Source: Lama guanicoe
Lineage: Eukaryota
NCBI GenBank assembly: GCA_013239625.1
Contig: MU053559.1
Span: 2,029,205 to 2,093,204, forward strand
DNA length: 64,000 nt
Direction: 5' to 3'
Positions 12,564-26,721 of this stretch are shown piece by piece. The notes below the pieces were generated by a model, which was not told the origin of the DNA, made no database searches, and saw only the letters and a list, made by a program, of their open reading frames with translations. Position 1 is the first letter of the stretch. Each line of letters starts with the position of its first letter. Position numbers and translations under genes: made by a program.

Positions 12564-13187
12564 AGAGCTTCTCACCCTGTGAGATTTTCACTACGTGTTG
12601 AAGGTCTACAAGGATGCACCATGTTCTCATCTTTAATAACATTAGAGTTATTTTATAAGCATGATAGGAAATGGGTATCATGAATGGAACTAATATCCTT
12701 GAAGATTTTTATTATTCTCATTTCTGATGTTTCTCCAATCTGCTACCTAATACATTGGAAGTGTCAAAAAATGGTTACAAATTAAAATGTAAACTACCCT
12801 TAGCCTTAGAATATTGAAAAACACCACTGAATCATTTTAAGTGGATTCCTAACAAGGCATAATTAATTGCATTAAGCCTAACTGCAGTGATAATTCCCAA
12901 CTGACCTTTATCCCTGGAAACACAATATCACCGAAGTGATAAATAAGTAACTTTCACGAAGACCTTCACTGTACCCTGTCTCCAAAGTATTAACGATTAG
13001 AGAAAAAGCATGAATGGACTGAAAGTGCCTCAAAACCTTCAAGAAACTATTTAGCTGAATTTAACCGTTCTAGATGAATTATAGTAAATTTGAGTACCGA
13101 TAGTCTAATCTGTACTTAAGAGTAAATGAATGAGTATTTTCAAGAAATATAAACCTGTTGAGAGTACGTGATTATTACTAGCTGTGT

Positions 13188-13225
13188 TTATGTGTGTTGC
13201 ATGTGTGTGTGTGTGTGTGTGTGTG
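13188..13225. repeat. (TG)n microsatellite
   Basis: Direct reading. Confidence 0.95.
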
Positions 13226-14284
13226 ACAAAAAGAGAGACGTGCACATACGTGTATATCTTGGTCATGGAGTAACTGTATTGAAATTTTTCCCCATCTTTT
13301 TGCAGTTTTTATTTGCTGATAGACTTTAAATAGTGACAGATTTGCCCAATAATTAATGACTATACAGAGAGATTAACATTAACTAATGATAAAAGAGGCC
13401 CCGGGTCCTCTGTGATTTAAAAGATTGTCTGGGATTATTATATTTATTTCAGTTGAATTTTCTCCTAATTACTTCATTTCTTCTTAATTGGTGTCTTATA
13501 AAAATAAATTAGACAGAATAATTAGCAATATTCTTTTTTGACCCCTCTAGAACTCGGCCTAATTGAATAAAGATTACAGTACACATATAAGTGTCATTTC
13601 AAGTGTTTTTTTTTTCCAGACCTGAATTTCATTTATAGCTGAATCAAATGTATCACATAAGTAGAAATACTGTCCAGGTATAGGCTACATGCAGAAAAAT
13701 TTCCTTTATAAAACCTGTTAAATTAGTACAAAAATACCTATGCATTGTATTATTAATGGATCTAATAATATTGTACTAGTATTGCAGAAGAGAAGAAAAT
13801 AGAAAAAGAAACAAGATAATTTTTTTTGAATTATGAAGCTACACTTAAAATTCTAACAGCTACTTAAAAAGCTCATATTTTAACATGGGTTTTTTATTTT
13901 GTTGTTGGTAGTAGTGGCAGAAAAGGAACTAGATTAAATGATTATAAACCAAATAGAACAGAATCTGCTCATCTAATCTGTTTTCCCTCATAAACACCAC
14001 TCTTAAGTGAAACACAGATAATTAGTTATCTCTTCACATGCATTCTTAGCAGCAATGATGCAGTCCTTCATCTGTTGATGCTACTGATGGGGCACCAGTT
14101 GGGTAGAGCTGGAAAATAATCTGAACTCTCTTGCCCATGTTTCCTTGTCTCCAGTGGCTTCTGCTCATAAAATATTGCTGAAATGGGGTTTTGTTCAGGA
14201 TTCAGTCCCTGTATAAGCAGTTTAGTACCAAGTTCTACATGGAACTCTGACATATGGTCAGACTGTTAATAAAAAATCATATCG

Positions 14285-14715
14285 TGAGAAGAGAAATAGA
14301 AATTAAAACTAAAACTAGGTACCATTTTCAACTCATTTGTCAGAGCTCAACAACATTGCTGAAGATGAGAGCAGGGAAACTCATCTCTCTCTTCTAATGG
14401 GAAGATAGCTAGTAAAACTCTATGATGGAAATTTCAGAATATCTAGTGAGATCACCCAATGTATAATCGACCATTACCCTCTAAGAATTTATGTGACATG
14501 CACATCGATGGGCAAACTAATGTATATTTAAAGATATTCATCATAGCTTTAGTTGTATTAGCAAAAGTTTGGAAACAATTGAAATATTCATTAATAGGGA
14601 ATTGGTAAAAAAAAAAAGTATGATAATCCATACTACTGTATGGCATGTCACTCTTTAAAAAATGAGGAGGATTTATATATATACATGTATATATGAAAGA
14701 TTTCTAAGATACACT
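14285..14715 (+). mobile_element. Very old L1 (L1ME-like), ORF2 end/3'UTR
   Basis: gatattcatcatagcttt...ggaaacaattgaaatattcattaatagggaattgg resembles a degenerate ORF2 C-terminus. Confidence 0.65.
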
Positions 14716-14721
14716 ACTCCC

Positions 14722-15357
14722 CTTTAGCTTTGTTGAGATTTAATTGACATTATGTAAATTTAAGGTGTGCAATGTGTCAATCTGATACATTTATATATTG
14801 TAAAACGATTACCACATAGCATTAGCTGCCACCTCTATCCCATCACATAATTACTGTTTCTTTTTTGACATGAGAACATTGAAGATCTACTCTCTCAGCA
14901 ACTTTCAAGTATATAATACAGTATTATTAGCTATAATTGCCATACTGTGCATTGGATCCCCAGAATTTGTTCATCCTATAATTGGAAGTTTCTATCTTTT
15001 TGACCAGTATCTCCCCATTTCTCCTACCTGGGGGCAGGGGAATTTCCATGCATCTCCTGGAACCACCGCTGTACTCTGTTTCTCTGCGTTCAGCTTTTTT
15101 AGATTCCACATGTAAGTGACATCACAGATTTGTCTTTCTCTGTCTGACTTATTGCACTTGAGCACGATGCCCTTGTGATTCATCCAAGTTGTTGCAACTG
15201 GCAAACTTCCCTGCTTTCTCATGGCTGAATGGTATTCCATTATATATATATACTCCACATCTCTATCCACTCATTTGTTGGTGGACACGTCAGTTGGTTT
15301 CCATATGTTGGCTATGGTGAATAATGCTTCAGTGAACATAGGAGTGCAGATAACTCT
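14722..15357 (-). mobile_element. L1MA-like 3' end
   Basis: gagaacattgaagatctactctctcagcaactttcaagtatataataca...tagattccacatgtaagtga is a reverse-strand L1MA 3'UTR. Confidence 0.88.
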
Positions 15358-15626
15358 AGTTCTCTCATCTTCTCTTTCATCTTCTGTAGACATTCTTCTT
15401 TATAAGTGATTCGTTTTCTCACCATAGCCTGTCCTGTGTGTAATCCTATTGATTATGAGCATGTCTGCATTCGTAATAAGAGTAGATTAAATAATTCTCT
15501 TTTCCTTTTGTTCTGCCCTGGATGGTGAAAGTAACTTCAATTTCATAATAGACTTTTTAATATTTACTGATTTGGTTCTTTCTGACATCTAGATAATATC
15601 GTTTTAAAAATCCATTTTATTAATTG

Positions 15627-15651
15627 TGTGCTTGTGTGTGTGTGTGTGTGT
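15627..15651. repeat. (TG)n microsatellite
   Basis: Direct reading. Confidence 0.9.
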
Positions 15652-17284
15652 AACATCAAACAAGCTGAACTACAATTTTGCTGATAACAAACTTCGGGAG
15701 CAACAATGTGCCGTTAAGTCTTATAACTTAAGCACAAATGAATGAGGTTAATTTATTTAATCTAGAAAGTGATTATTTAGAGATTTAAGCAATTTGGCAG
15801 CGGGGTGTGCAGAAGGGGACGTGGGTGGAATTAACATGTTTTTGCCAAGGCTGAGTTTTTGCCTAGTGCTTTTGGAATTTCAAGAATCTCATTAAGACTT
15901 TTAGTAAATTTGCTTTAAATCACCATAGAATTAATAAACTAGAGGCATTACAATGTCTGTCAGCTCTGATTTAATTTAGATGCTCAGTCCCTTCAAACTA
16001 GATCAAGACCACAGAGAAGTGCCAAATAGCGACACTTTCCAAATAACCTGCAGGTATCTGCTGACATCCATGTTCCCATCAGAGCTGTCTGGGCCAAGCA
16101 ATGATGGCTGGTTTACTGCAGCCCTCATCCAAGTTTCTGAGAGACCCATGGAGCCATGGAGCTACATTTCCCACCTCCTCCTCTTTCACTGGTGCCAGCT
16201 CTCACAGGGTTCACGTCTCTCTGAAACTCAAGTTCTGTTGTGGAACTTAGATAAGTTTAGGCTCAAGGACTGGGATATAGACATCTTGGGGGATCTTGTA
16301 ACTAAAGACAAGACACTATTGCTGCTACATTGTGGGTTAAGTAAACTTTTATAGGCTACCCTAGACACTACACTACACTGTCTAATTTTTTTCTTCCAGG
16401 GGAAATTCCACTTCAATTTTCAAATATTTTTAAATTTTGGAACACAACTTAGCTTTGATATTATTTCTATAGGTCCTCCCTTTCTCACCTCTCTTTCCCT
16501 TTTGTGTGAGTTTGTTCTTTTATTCTCATATCTTTTTCCAAACATTTAGCTCTTTGCTAAAGTTCACTGGCAAGTTGGGAACTCCTAATATTTAACCATA
16601 ATTCCTGAAATATGGCCATCACAATACTTTTACACCTTACTTCCAAATTAAACTGATACATCAGTTGGCATTTCTAGAACTGCCATATCCAAAGTGTTAG
16701 CTTGAGACCTGCTTATGGTCTTATTTAAACAATACAAAGATAATTTGAAAAAACAGCATGAAAAGCAGCATGTATATGAGGGTATCTTGGTTGGCCTGGA
16801 GCTGATGCTTAATTATGGTAGCTTGTGCAATTAGGCAGCATGTCCAATGTCCTCAATGACCTGGAATGAATAACGTTTTCCTGACTTCAAGGACATAGTC
16901 AAGAACAATTAAACACATATACCATTTCATGATTGCCCTGCATCTTAAGGGTTCATTAGGAAAGGATTCTGGAGCTATGTACAGAATTGGAGGTTTAGAC
17001 ATGTTTGATGAAATGGGGATGGAAAAGATTAACAGAATTCACGAGGAACAGCAGCACTGCCCTTAAAAAGAGAAATCACCATGGGTGGGGGCAAAGTGGA
17101 GCAAGGTAGCCTCGATTTAGCACTAAGTTCCCAGTGCTAGAGGTGACTGTGGCTTCCAGAGTAATACAAGGATGAGCGTGAATGCCACCTGACCCAACCT
17201 CCCACTCCTTCCTCTTCAGCCACGCCACTCCTTCTTGAGCAATCATTGTTCTGGGAAGGAGAAGGAAATGTTAAAAGAAGAGCC

Positions 17285-19170
17285 TTCAAATGTCTTAAGC
17301 AGGACACAAAAAGCACTCACCATAGAGGGAAAAAATGATAAATTGAACTATATAAAAATCAAGAACTACTGTACATCAAATGCCATGCTTTTGTTTAAAT
17401 GTCCATGCTACTCCAGGTATTCTATCAATTCAATGCAATCCTTATCAAAATTCCAATGGCATTTTTCACAGAAGTAAAAAAAAAAATTTTAAATTCATAT
17501 GGAACTACAAAAGACCCTGAATAGCCAAAGCAATCCAGAGCAAAAAGAACAAAGTGGGAAACATCACACTACCTCGATTCAAAATACATTACAAAACTGC
17601 AGTGATCAAAACGGCATGGTACTGACATAAAAACAGAAATATAGGTCAATGGAACAGAATAGAGAGCCAAGAAATAAATTCACACATTTATATTCAATTG
17701 ATATTCAACAAAGGTGCCAAGAACACCTAATGAGAAGAGGACAGTCTCTTCCATAAATAGTGCTGGGATAACTGAATATCCCCATGCAGAAAAATGAAAT
17801 TGGACCCTTATCTCACACCATATACAAAAGTCACCTCAAAATGAATTAACATAAGACCTGCAACTACAGAAACTAGAAGAACAGAAAAGGAAGAGCTTCT
17901 TGACATTGGTCTGGGTAGTGATTTGTTTTTTGGATGTGACCTTAAAACCACAGGCAACAAAAGCAAAAACTAGACAAATGAGACTGCATCAAACTGAAAA
18001 GTTTCTTTACAGCAAAGGAAGCAACAAAGCAAAAAGGAAACCTATAGAATGAGAAAACATATTTGCAAAACATATATCCAGTAAGTGGTTAATATCCAAA
18101 ACATATAAGGAGCTCAGACAACTCAATAGCAAGAAAACAAGTAATCTGATTTTATAATGGACAAAGGACCTGAATAGACATTTCTCAAAAGAAGACATAT
18201 AAATGGCCAACAGGTATATGAAAAAATGCTCATCATTAATCATCATGGAATTGCCAATCAAAATCACAGTGAGATATCACATTACATCCATTAGAATGTG
18301 TATTATCAGAGAGACAAAAGATAACAAGTGTTGGGAGGATGTGGAGAAAAGGGAAGCCTTGTGCACCATTGGTGGGACCATAAATTGGTACTATCATTAT
18401 TAAAAAGCGTACGGAGTTCCTAAATGTATTAACAATAAAGCTACCATATGATCCAGCAATCTCATTTCTGGGTATGTATCCAAAGGAAATGAAATCAGCC
18501 TTTGGAAGGGATATTTGCACTCCCATATTCATTGCAGCATTATTCACAACAGCCAAGATACAGAATCAACCTAAGTGTCTATCAATGGATGAATGAATAA
18601 AGAAGATGTGGTATATATACACAATGGGATATCATTCAGGCTTAAAGAAGAAAAAATCCTGTCATCTGAGACAACTTAGATAAGACTGGAGGACACTCTA
18701 CTAAGTGAAATAAGCCAGGCACAGAAAGATAAATATTGCATGACATCACTTATATGTAATATCACTTATATAAGAAAAAGGTTAAACTCATAGAAACAGG
18801 GAGTAGAATGGTGGATGCCACAAACTGGGAAGGGGAGGAGATGGGGAGATGTTAGTCAAAGTTTCAGTTATACAGGATGAATAAGTTCTGGAGATCTAAT
18901 GTACAGCATGGTGACTAGTTAATAATATGTATCATATACTTGGAATTTGCTAACAGTAAATCTTAAATATTTTCACCATATTCACACACAAAAAGACAAT
19001 ATGTGAAGTCGTAGACATGTGGATATGTTAATTACCTTGATTATGGTAATCATTTCACAGTGTTTATGTGTACAAAACATCAAGTTGTACACCATAAGCA
19101 TATACAATTTTTGTCAATTATACCTCGATAAAGCTGGAAAAAGTAACAAATTAAAAATAATAAACAAAAA
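17285..19170 (+). mobile_element. L1MA-like ORF2 3' part, 3'UTR and A-rich tail (short older L1 piece at 17285-17385)
   Basis: ORF 18203..18403 [28 protein letters not shown] is ORF2-like. Ends gtcaattatacctcgataaagctggaaaa. Confidence 0.92.
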
Positions 19171-22100
19171 AGTGGGAAAAAAGCAGAAGTAGCTACACTG
19201 ATATCTGGTGTAGTGCTTTCAGGGCAAAGAAAATTATGAACACAAAGAGATACCTTACATTATGATAGAAGAATACATCTGTAAGGAAGACATAATGATC
19301 CTAAATGTGTATGTGCCAAACAACTGAGCTTTACTGTACATGAAGCAAAATCTGACAGAGCTGAAAGGAGAAATGAAAAAATCCACAATTATATTTGGGG
19401 ACTTCAATATCCCCCCCCCAAAACTGATAGAACTACTATACTCAAATCAGCAAGGATACAGGAGAATTGAACAGTATCACCAACCAACAGAATATAATTG
19501 ACATATATAGAACTGTCTACCCAACAACAGCAGAATATACACTTTTTCAAGTGTCCATGGAACTATCACCAAGATAGATCATATCTTCCCTTAAAACAAA
19601 TCTCAATAAATTTAAAAGAAGTGAAACCATACAGATTATGTTCTCTGACCATAATGAAATCAAACTAGAAATAAGAGACAGAAAAATACCCAAACACTTG
19701 GAAATTAGCAACACAATCCTCAATATTCCTTTGACCAAAAAAGACTCAAAGAAAATCTTATAAAAATACATAGAACTAAGTGAAAATAAAAATACAACTT
19801 ACCAAAATATTTGGGACATAGCTAAAGCAGAGAAGGAAATTGATAGCACTAAATACTTACAAAAGAAGAAAGTTTTAAAATCAACAATCTAAGCTTTTAC
19901 CTCAAGAAACTAGGAAAAGAAACACAAAATAAGACCAAAAAAAGAAAAGGATAAATCAAAGAGGATAAATCAATAAAATTGAAAACAAGACAATAATAAA
20001 ATAAATGTAACAAAAATCTGATTGTTCAGAGAAAATCTGTAACATTAACAAACTTCTAGAAAATTAAAAGAGAAGACACAAATCACCAACATTAGGAATG
20101 AAAGAGGGATTCTTGTTTCACTAAAACAGATCCTGTAGTCATTAAAAGGAAAATAAGGGAATACTACAACTTAGAAGAAATGAATCAATTTCTTAAAAAC
20201 AGCAAACTATCAAAATTCAAGAAAGTTGAAATACACAGTCTGGATAGTCCTACAAACACTAAAGAAATTGAATTTGTAATGAGAAAGCTAACAGAGAAAA
20301 TATCTTTAGGCCCAGATGACTTTTACTGGCAATACTGACAAACATTTAAAGAAGAATTAACACCAATTCTAAGCAGTCTCTTTCAGAAAGTCTCAGAGGA
20401 GAGAACACTTCTGAACTCATTTTATGAGATTAGTATTACTTATACCAAATTTGGAAAAAGATGATAGGAAAGGAAGGAAACTACACACCATTCTCTCTCA
20501 TGAAATTAGAGGCAAAAATCTTCAACAAAAATATTAGCAAATTGAATCCATCAATATATAAAAAGAATTATACACCATTGCCAAGTGGAATTTATTATAA
20601 TTATACAAAACTGGTTCAGCATTCAAGTATCAGTCAATATATTCTATCACACCAGTAAGCTAAACAAGAAAAACGTAATGTTTGTAACAATTGATGCAGA
20701 AAACCTATTTGACAAAACCCAACACCTATTCATGATAAAAACTCTCAGCAAACTAGGAATAAAAGGAAATTTCTTCAACTTGATTATAAACATCTACAAA
20801 AATCTTAGAGCTGACATCATACTTAATGGTGAAGGGTTGAATGCTTCCCTTGTAAGCCTGGGAACATGGAAAAAATGTCCATTCTTACTACTCTTATTCA
20901 ACATAATAGTGGAAGTTCTAGACACTACAATACGACAAGAAAAAGAAAAGAAATAGCAATTGCATAGGAAGAAAAAAACTATTTTGCAGATTACATGATT
21001 ATCTACATAGAAAATCCCAAGAAATTTCCAAAAAGCTAGAATAAGTGAGTTTAGCAAGGTCAAGGATGCAAAATGAAAACACAGAAGTCAATCTCATGTG
21101 TATGTATTAGCAATGAACATGTAGAAACCAAAATTAAAACACAATACCACTTACAACTATTCTAGCTAAAATTAAATACTTAGGTATAAACTTAAGAAAA
21201 AATGTACAGTATCTCTATTCTGAAAATTACAAAATGCCATTGAGATAGATCAAAGAAGAAAGAAAGAAATGGAGAGATATATTGTGTTCAAGGATTAGAA
21301 AGACAAAACATAATAAAGGAGTCAGTTCTCCTTAAATTGGTCTGTAGGTTAATGCAATTTCTATCAAAACACTAGAAAAGTTTTGTAGACACGGACCAGC
21401 TTCTTCTAAAATTTAAATGGAAAGCATAGGCTCTAGTACATTTATAGGCAAAATATTAACCTCAATCTATCTCATGCCTTCTAGAATTTATAAAGAGCTT
21501 TTAGAACTCAACAGTAAAAACTAACTAAATAAATAAGAGAACCCAATTAGAAGATTGGCAAGAAGTGAACAGACATTTTGATGGATATACAGACTCTAAT
21601 AAGCACATGAAAAGATGTTCAACATCTTTATCCATTAGAGAAATGTAAAGTAAAACATGACATATCACTATAAACCTATCTTAATGGTTAAAATTTTAAA
21701 ATGTGACAACACCAAATGCTGGCAAAAGGTGGAGGAAGTGGATCACTGACACTTTGCTGGTGGGCATGAAAAATGATACAGCCATTCTGGAAAAGAGTTT
21801 GTCAGTTTATTAAAATGCAAACATGTAACTACCACACAACCCAGCAATTGTACTCTTGAGCATTTGCCCCAGAACAATGACAACTTATGTTCACACAAAA
21901 ACCAAAAGCTGGAAACAACTCAAATGCTTTATAAAGGGTGAATGAATAAGCAAACTGTGGCATACCCATGCACTGGAACACTGCTCAGCAATAAGAAGGT
22001 ATAAAATATTGGTACATGCAATAACATGGATGAATCTGCAGGAAATTGTGCTGAGAGAAAATCTCAAATGGTTACACGTTTTATGATTCCATTTATATAA

Positions 22101-22415
22101 TCTTACTGAAATAATAAAATATTAAAATGAAAATAGATTAATGATTGCCAGGAGTCAGGGATGGATGATAGAGGAGGCAATGGAGAGGAGGGGAGGGAAG
22201 TACACATAAATATGAAAGGGCAGCACAAGGGGTCTTCGTGGTGATGGAATTGTTCTATATCTTGACTGTATCAATATCATTAATCTGGTGGTGACATTGT
22301 ACCATAGTTTTGGAAGATGTTACCATTGAGGGAAACTGGGTACATGGGATCTCTTTCTATTATTTCTTAGAACTGCATGTGAATAATGATCTCAAAATAA
22401 TAAGTTTAATTTAAA
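19171..22415 (+). mobile_element. L1MC/L1MD-like decayed ORF2 (endonuclease to C-terminus, internally deleted) plus 3'UTR
   Basis: Endonuclease motif ggggacttcaat (GDFN). ORF 20585..20956 IDAENLFDKTQHLFMIKTLSKLGIKG is the RT region. Ends ctcaaaataataagtttaatttaaa. Confidence 0.92.
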
Positions 22416-22482
22416 GATCCATTATTTTGTACCATTTATATTTATTACCTGGTAGATATGCAGTCCATCCTTTCCTCTAGAT

Positions 22483-23920
22483 CAGTAGTTCTCAAAGAGT
22501 ACTCTACAGAGACCTTTTTAGAGGAGGTCACAGGATCATTTCTATTTGCATATTAATACAAAGACTAATTATTCTAAATAGCTACAAGTATATAATTATG
22601 TGAATGCCCTTTTCACCTTGCTGACGTGTGTTACATGAATGGTGCAGAAGCAATGGAGAACTGCTAGTGCCTTAGCATGAATCAAGGCAGTGGCGCCAAC
22701 TATACTTGTAGTGCTCATCTTTGTTTTCTTCACTACCATGACCTCACATTAGAAAACCAAACAAAACAAGAAGAAACACAAGCAAACAAAAACAACAAGC
22801 AAATTTTATTTAAGAATGCCTTTGATGCTAAGGTAAAAGTTACTAATTTTATTCCATCTCAACCTTCAAATACACAGAATAATATTCTGGGTGATGAAAT
22901 GGAAAGCAATTCCATTACACACAAGACCATGATGGTTTTCTCTAGGAAAAGCCCTTGTGCAGTTGAGTTGTGAGCGGAACTAGTCTCTTTTTTTTCTCCA
23001 AACACCATTTTTCTTTTCTTGAAAGAACAACTGACAGTCAAGCTATGGTTATTCCGATTTGGGTATTTGGCAAACATTTTCTTCAAAATGAACAAAAGGA
23101 GCCTGTCAATTCAAGGAAAACAACTGATAGCATTTGTTGCCAATGATAAGATTTGAGTTTCAACTGAAAATTAGAAATTTGGAAAACTTGTATCTGCTAC
23201 TGTGAACTTGACAGTGTCCCAATACTTCAAGACTTTCTAATGAGATGGGTGGTGATAGTAACAAATGTGATTTTTGATATTGTACAATGAAATGTGTCAA
23301 TAACTCAGCGAACTAGTATTTTCCAAATGACCAGTGCATAATGCTACAAAATCATGCATGGGTAAAAGATCTACTCAGAGTACAAGATCGGTGATGGGCT
23401 GTCATGTAACAACAGCATATGAAAAGTTCATTAATATACCTTTAGATTCTGTATCACAACTAATCTTTAAGAAATACTTGTCAAATTTTGTTGTGGATTT
23501 AGAGAAGAATATCCACAACTGTTAGAAAAAGCTCTTAAAATATGCCTCCATTTTCCAGTGACATATCTGTGATGCCAGATTTCCTTCATATACTTCAATT
23601 AAAATGTCTTAACAGCTAGAATGCAGAAGCAACTATGAGAACCCAGCTGTCTTCTATTAAACCAGACATTAAACAGATATGCCAAAGTGTAAAACAATTT
23701 TACTCTTCTCACTAAAATTTCTGTTTTGGAAAATGTTATTATGTTAACGTGTAAATAATAGATTTATTATTTTAAATAATATATATATATATTTCTCAAA
23801 GTTGTCATTTAAATTTCCAATAGAGTAAATATCGATAGACATAACCCACATAAACAAAGGTTCTTTGGCGCCCTCAAGAATGTAAAGCTGTCCTGAGACC
23901 AAAAAGTTTGAGAAATACAT
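22483..23920 (+). mobile_element. hAT-Charlie DNA transposon (Charlie1a-like, ~1.44 kb)
   Basis: TIR-like ends cagtagttctcaaa and tttgagaaatac. Charlie-type target ctctagat upstream. Transposase remnant gggtatttggcaaacattttc...attcaaggaaaa (GYLAxIF...QGK). Confidence 0.85.
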
Positions 23921-23944
23921 CAAGCTAGACTAACAAAGAGTTTC

Positions 23945-24050
23945 TCTCCTTTTTTTTTTTCATTTTTTAAAATGGAGGTACTGGGGATTGAACCCAGGAC
24001 CATGTGCATGCTAAGCATGTGCTCTACCACTTGAGCTATACCCTCCCCCC
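23945..24050 (-). mobile_element. tRNA-derived SINE (Vic-1-like)
   Basis: Reverse complement ggggagggtatagctcaagtggtagagcacatgcttagcatgcacatggtcctgggttcaatcccc has A and B boxes and an A tail. TSD aacaaagag(t/c)ttt at ~23932 and 24051. Confidence 0.93.
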
Positions 24051-24755
24051 AACAAAGAGCTTTCCACCTGAATCAATTTGTAATGTCTCTTCACGGAGTT
24101 ATTATTATTGAATGGAGCTCATTTAAGGCCTTATGCCATCAAACTTTGTTTTCTTCTTTTTCTTTTCTTTTCTTTTCTTTTGGAGACTAGTCTTGGGAAA
24201 CACTCTGTACTCACTGTGCAGAAATAATAAAGACTTCATCTATTCTATTTCCCAATGTCCTCTTTCAATGGCCTATGGCACAAATGTCTCTTACATATTA
24301 GTAGCAGAAAAAAGCTCTATTTCTGAACAGCTGGTTTGGTAAAATCTTGTGGACGCTTGTGGCTACTGTACTGGTCATGTTTTCCCCTTTGCTTTGCCAG
24401 CCGAGTGTGCAGGCTGTTTCTAGATGTGTCGAGCTCTAGGGCCTTCCTGTCTAATCTTACTTCAGAATCATCTAATCCTCATTCTTCTATTTTCCCTTCA
24501 TCTTTTTTGTCTCATCTATTTGTTTTTGCCAAGTTTGATGGTATGAAGTGTGCAACCCCCTTTAAGTACGTTTAGAAGATACAGTAAGGGGAGGGAGAGG
24601 AAGAAAAGAAAGGTGAAATCTGGTATATAACCTATAAATAAACATGTGGAAGCTTCTCGGCTTATCTAAAGTGTCCAGAGAATCAATCCTCTTAAATCTC
24701 CCAGGTGCACCCCAGGAGCATTAAGCCCAGAAATCAGAAAGAACCAGGGCAACAG

Positions 24756-24791
24756 GTTTGTTTGTTTGTTTGTTTGTTTGTTTGTTTGTTT
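24756..24791. repeat. (GTTT)n microsatellite
   Basis: Direct reading. Confidence 0.97.
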
Positions 24792-25053
24792 CCTGGGGAG
24801 GAGGGAGAAATGGTCTTCCTTACGCATCCTGACAGGAAGCCAGTTCAGTTCTTTCTGGCCATAATTAATCACTTTCCTAAGAGAAGATGATAAATCTTTT
24901 CTATTATGCTGAGGATGAGAATGATGAAGAAAACAAGCAGGGAGAATCAGTGAACTGAGAGGCCAGATGCCCCTTTGGAACTGTAAGTCTCTTCTGGATC
25001 AGGGACAAGGTCTGAAAGGCAGGTCCAAAATATGACCGAGATCTCAATTATTA

Positions 25054-25240
25054 GGAAGAACCCTTTGGTGTTGGACAGAAAACCCGGGTTCTAGTCCTAA
25101 TTCTGTCCCTTGTAGACTATGTGACTTTGGGTAAACCCTTTAGAATCTCAAGCCTCTGTTTTTTCATCTATGAAATGGGGAATTATAATGCCTGCCTTTC
25201 CTAAAAGTTGAGGATCAAAGGAGACCACTGATATGAATGT
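25054..25240 (+). mobile_element. MIR SINE
   Basis: Core motifs cccgggttctagtcct...tgtgactttgggtaaa...agcctctgtttttcatctatgaaatgggg. Confidence 0.85.
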
Positions 25241-25679
25241 AATCCTGAAAAGGGCAGACAGTATTTAAATTACAGTTCTGTGCCTGAGGATGACTCAGCA
25301 CACATCCAGTATGCACTATGTCATTGCTGTGACCTTTTAGATCTTTTAATTCAGTGGGCTAGTTAACTGGGAAATATAGTTAGCCCCAACTAATACAACA
25401 GCTAGAGTATACATCACTCTTGATAATAAGATGTGTCTAATAGAGCCTTATGTCTGTGTAGCGTGTTACAGGACCTCAGCCCCCAGTGCAACATCTGATA
25501 TTGCTTACATCCTTATCTAGGGCCACCACTACATCCCAACCCCTATTGTCATCTCACGGACGTCACTCTAGCAATTCACCCCTCTCTCCTACCCGATATT
25601 TTTTTTTTACCTCCCTGCTGCATCACTCTTGTCAGCATCTAACCACGCTATGGCATCCATTAACCAGATTTTTGATTAT

Positions 25680-26535
25680 CTACCCACACCCTGCCCCAAC
25701 CTGTTCTTTCTGTAGCCTCCCACATCTCAGAAATGGCAGTTCCAATCTTCTGGCTGCTCAAAAGACCAGAGTCATCTCTAACTCATTTTTCTCACCCATT
25801 CAATTGGCAAATCCTGGTGGCCCTGTCTTCAAACTAAATCCCAAATCTGATCTCGACCTCCTCAGTCCATGCAATGATCATTGGTTGCTGGCTGTCATGT
25901 TTGCTCCCCATGTAATCCAGCTTGCCTGAGGAAGCCTTCTACACCATGAGTCAAGTTCCCTGCTGCTCCCTGCTCTTTTCCACTGATGACTTCCAGTCAC
26001 TTAAAATAAAAGCCAAGTCCTGTCCGTGGTTTTCCAGGCCCTATATCATCTGGTCTCTTCGCTCCCTCTTCTACTTCGTTTACCACCAGATTTTCCCTCA
26101 CTTGGTGTCCTCCACCTGTACCAGCTTCTTGCTTTCCCTTTGAACATGCCAAACATGGTTCTGTCTCCAGGCCTTCATACTTGATGTGCCCCTTGTCAAG
26201 AACACTGTCACCAAAGTTGTCAAATAGCCTGCTTTCTTACTTCCTTCAGGCCTACTTATCAAACAGGCCCTTACCAGCCATCCTATTTAAAATAGTCACC
26301 AGTCACCCCCTACCCATCTCTGTGTGCTCCCATTGCTCTGTTTCTTTTTAGACGACTTCTTCACATAATGTGATATATATTTATTGATCTCTTATATTGT
26401 CTGTTTTCTACTTGCATTGTAGATCCCATGAAAAAAAGGGACTTGATCTACTTTGGTCTCTGTTATATCTCCAGTACCCCAGGCCCATGGTTGATATTCA
26501 ATAAGTATTTTGGGGAATGAATGCATAAATAAATG
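25680..26535 (+). mobile_element. L2 3' region
   Basis: C/T-rich L2-like body (aaaataaaagccaagtcc...ccaggccctat). Ends ttcaataagtatttt...gaatgaatg. Confidence 0.82.
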
Positions 26536-26676
26536 TATTAAGCATGAAATAAGTGCTCATTTTCCCATATACCCTTGCCTGCATTATATTAATATTCAAC
26601 TTTTACTTACCAGAAACCTGTGAGGTGTGAAAGCAAGTGTTGCTTCCCTCAATTTATTATTGTTTGGTTTGATAGG

Positions 26677-26677
26677 T

Positions 26678-26721
<44 letters not shown>

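Noticed and set aside
13605..13683. Exon-like segment (ttttttttccag...ccag|gtatag)
   Set aside because: Stop codons in all three frames and no transcript evidence. At most a non-coding exon.
14050..14090. C/D-box-like motifs (atgatg...ctga)
   Set aside because: Imperfect C box, spacing too short and no terminal stem.
15980..16354. 124-aa ORF in unique sequence
   Set aside because: No recognisable domain and no convincing splice context.
25486..25929. 147-aa ORF
   Set aside because: C/T-rich, non-ATG start, overlaps decayed L2.
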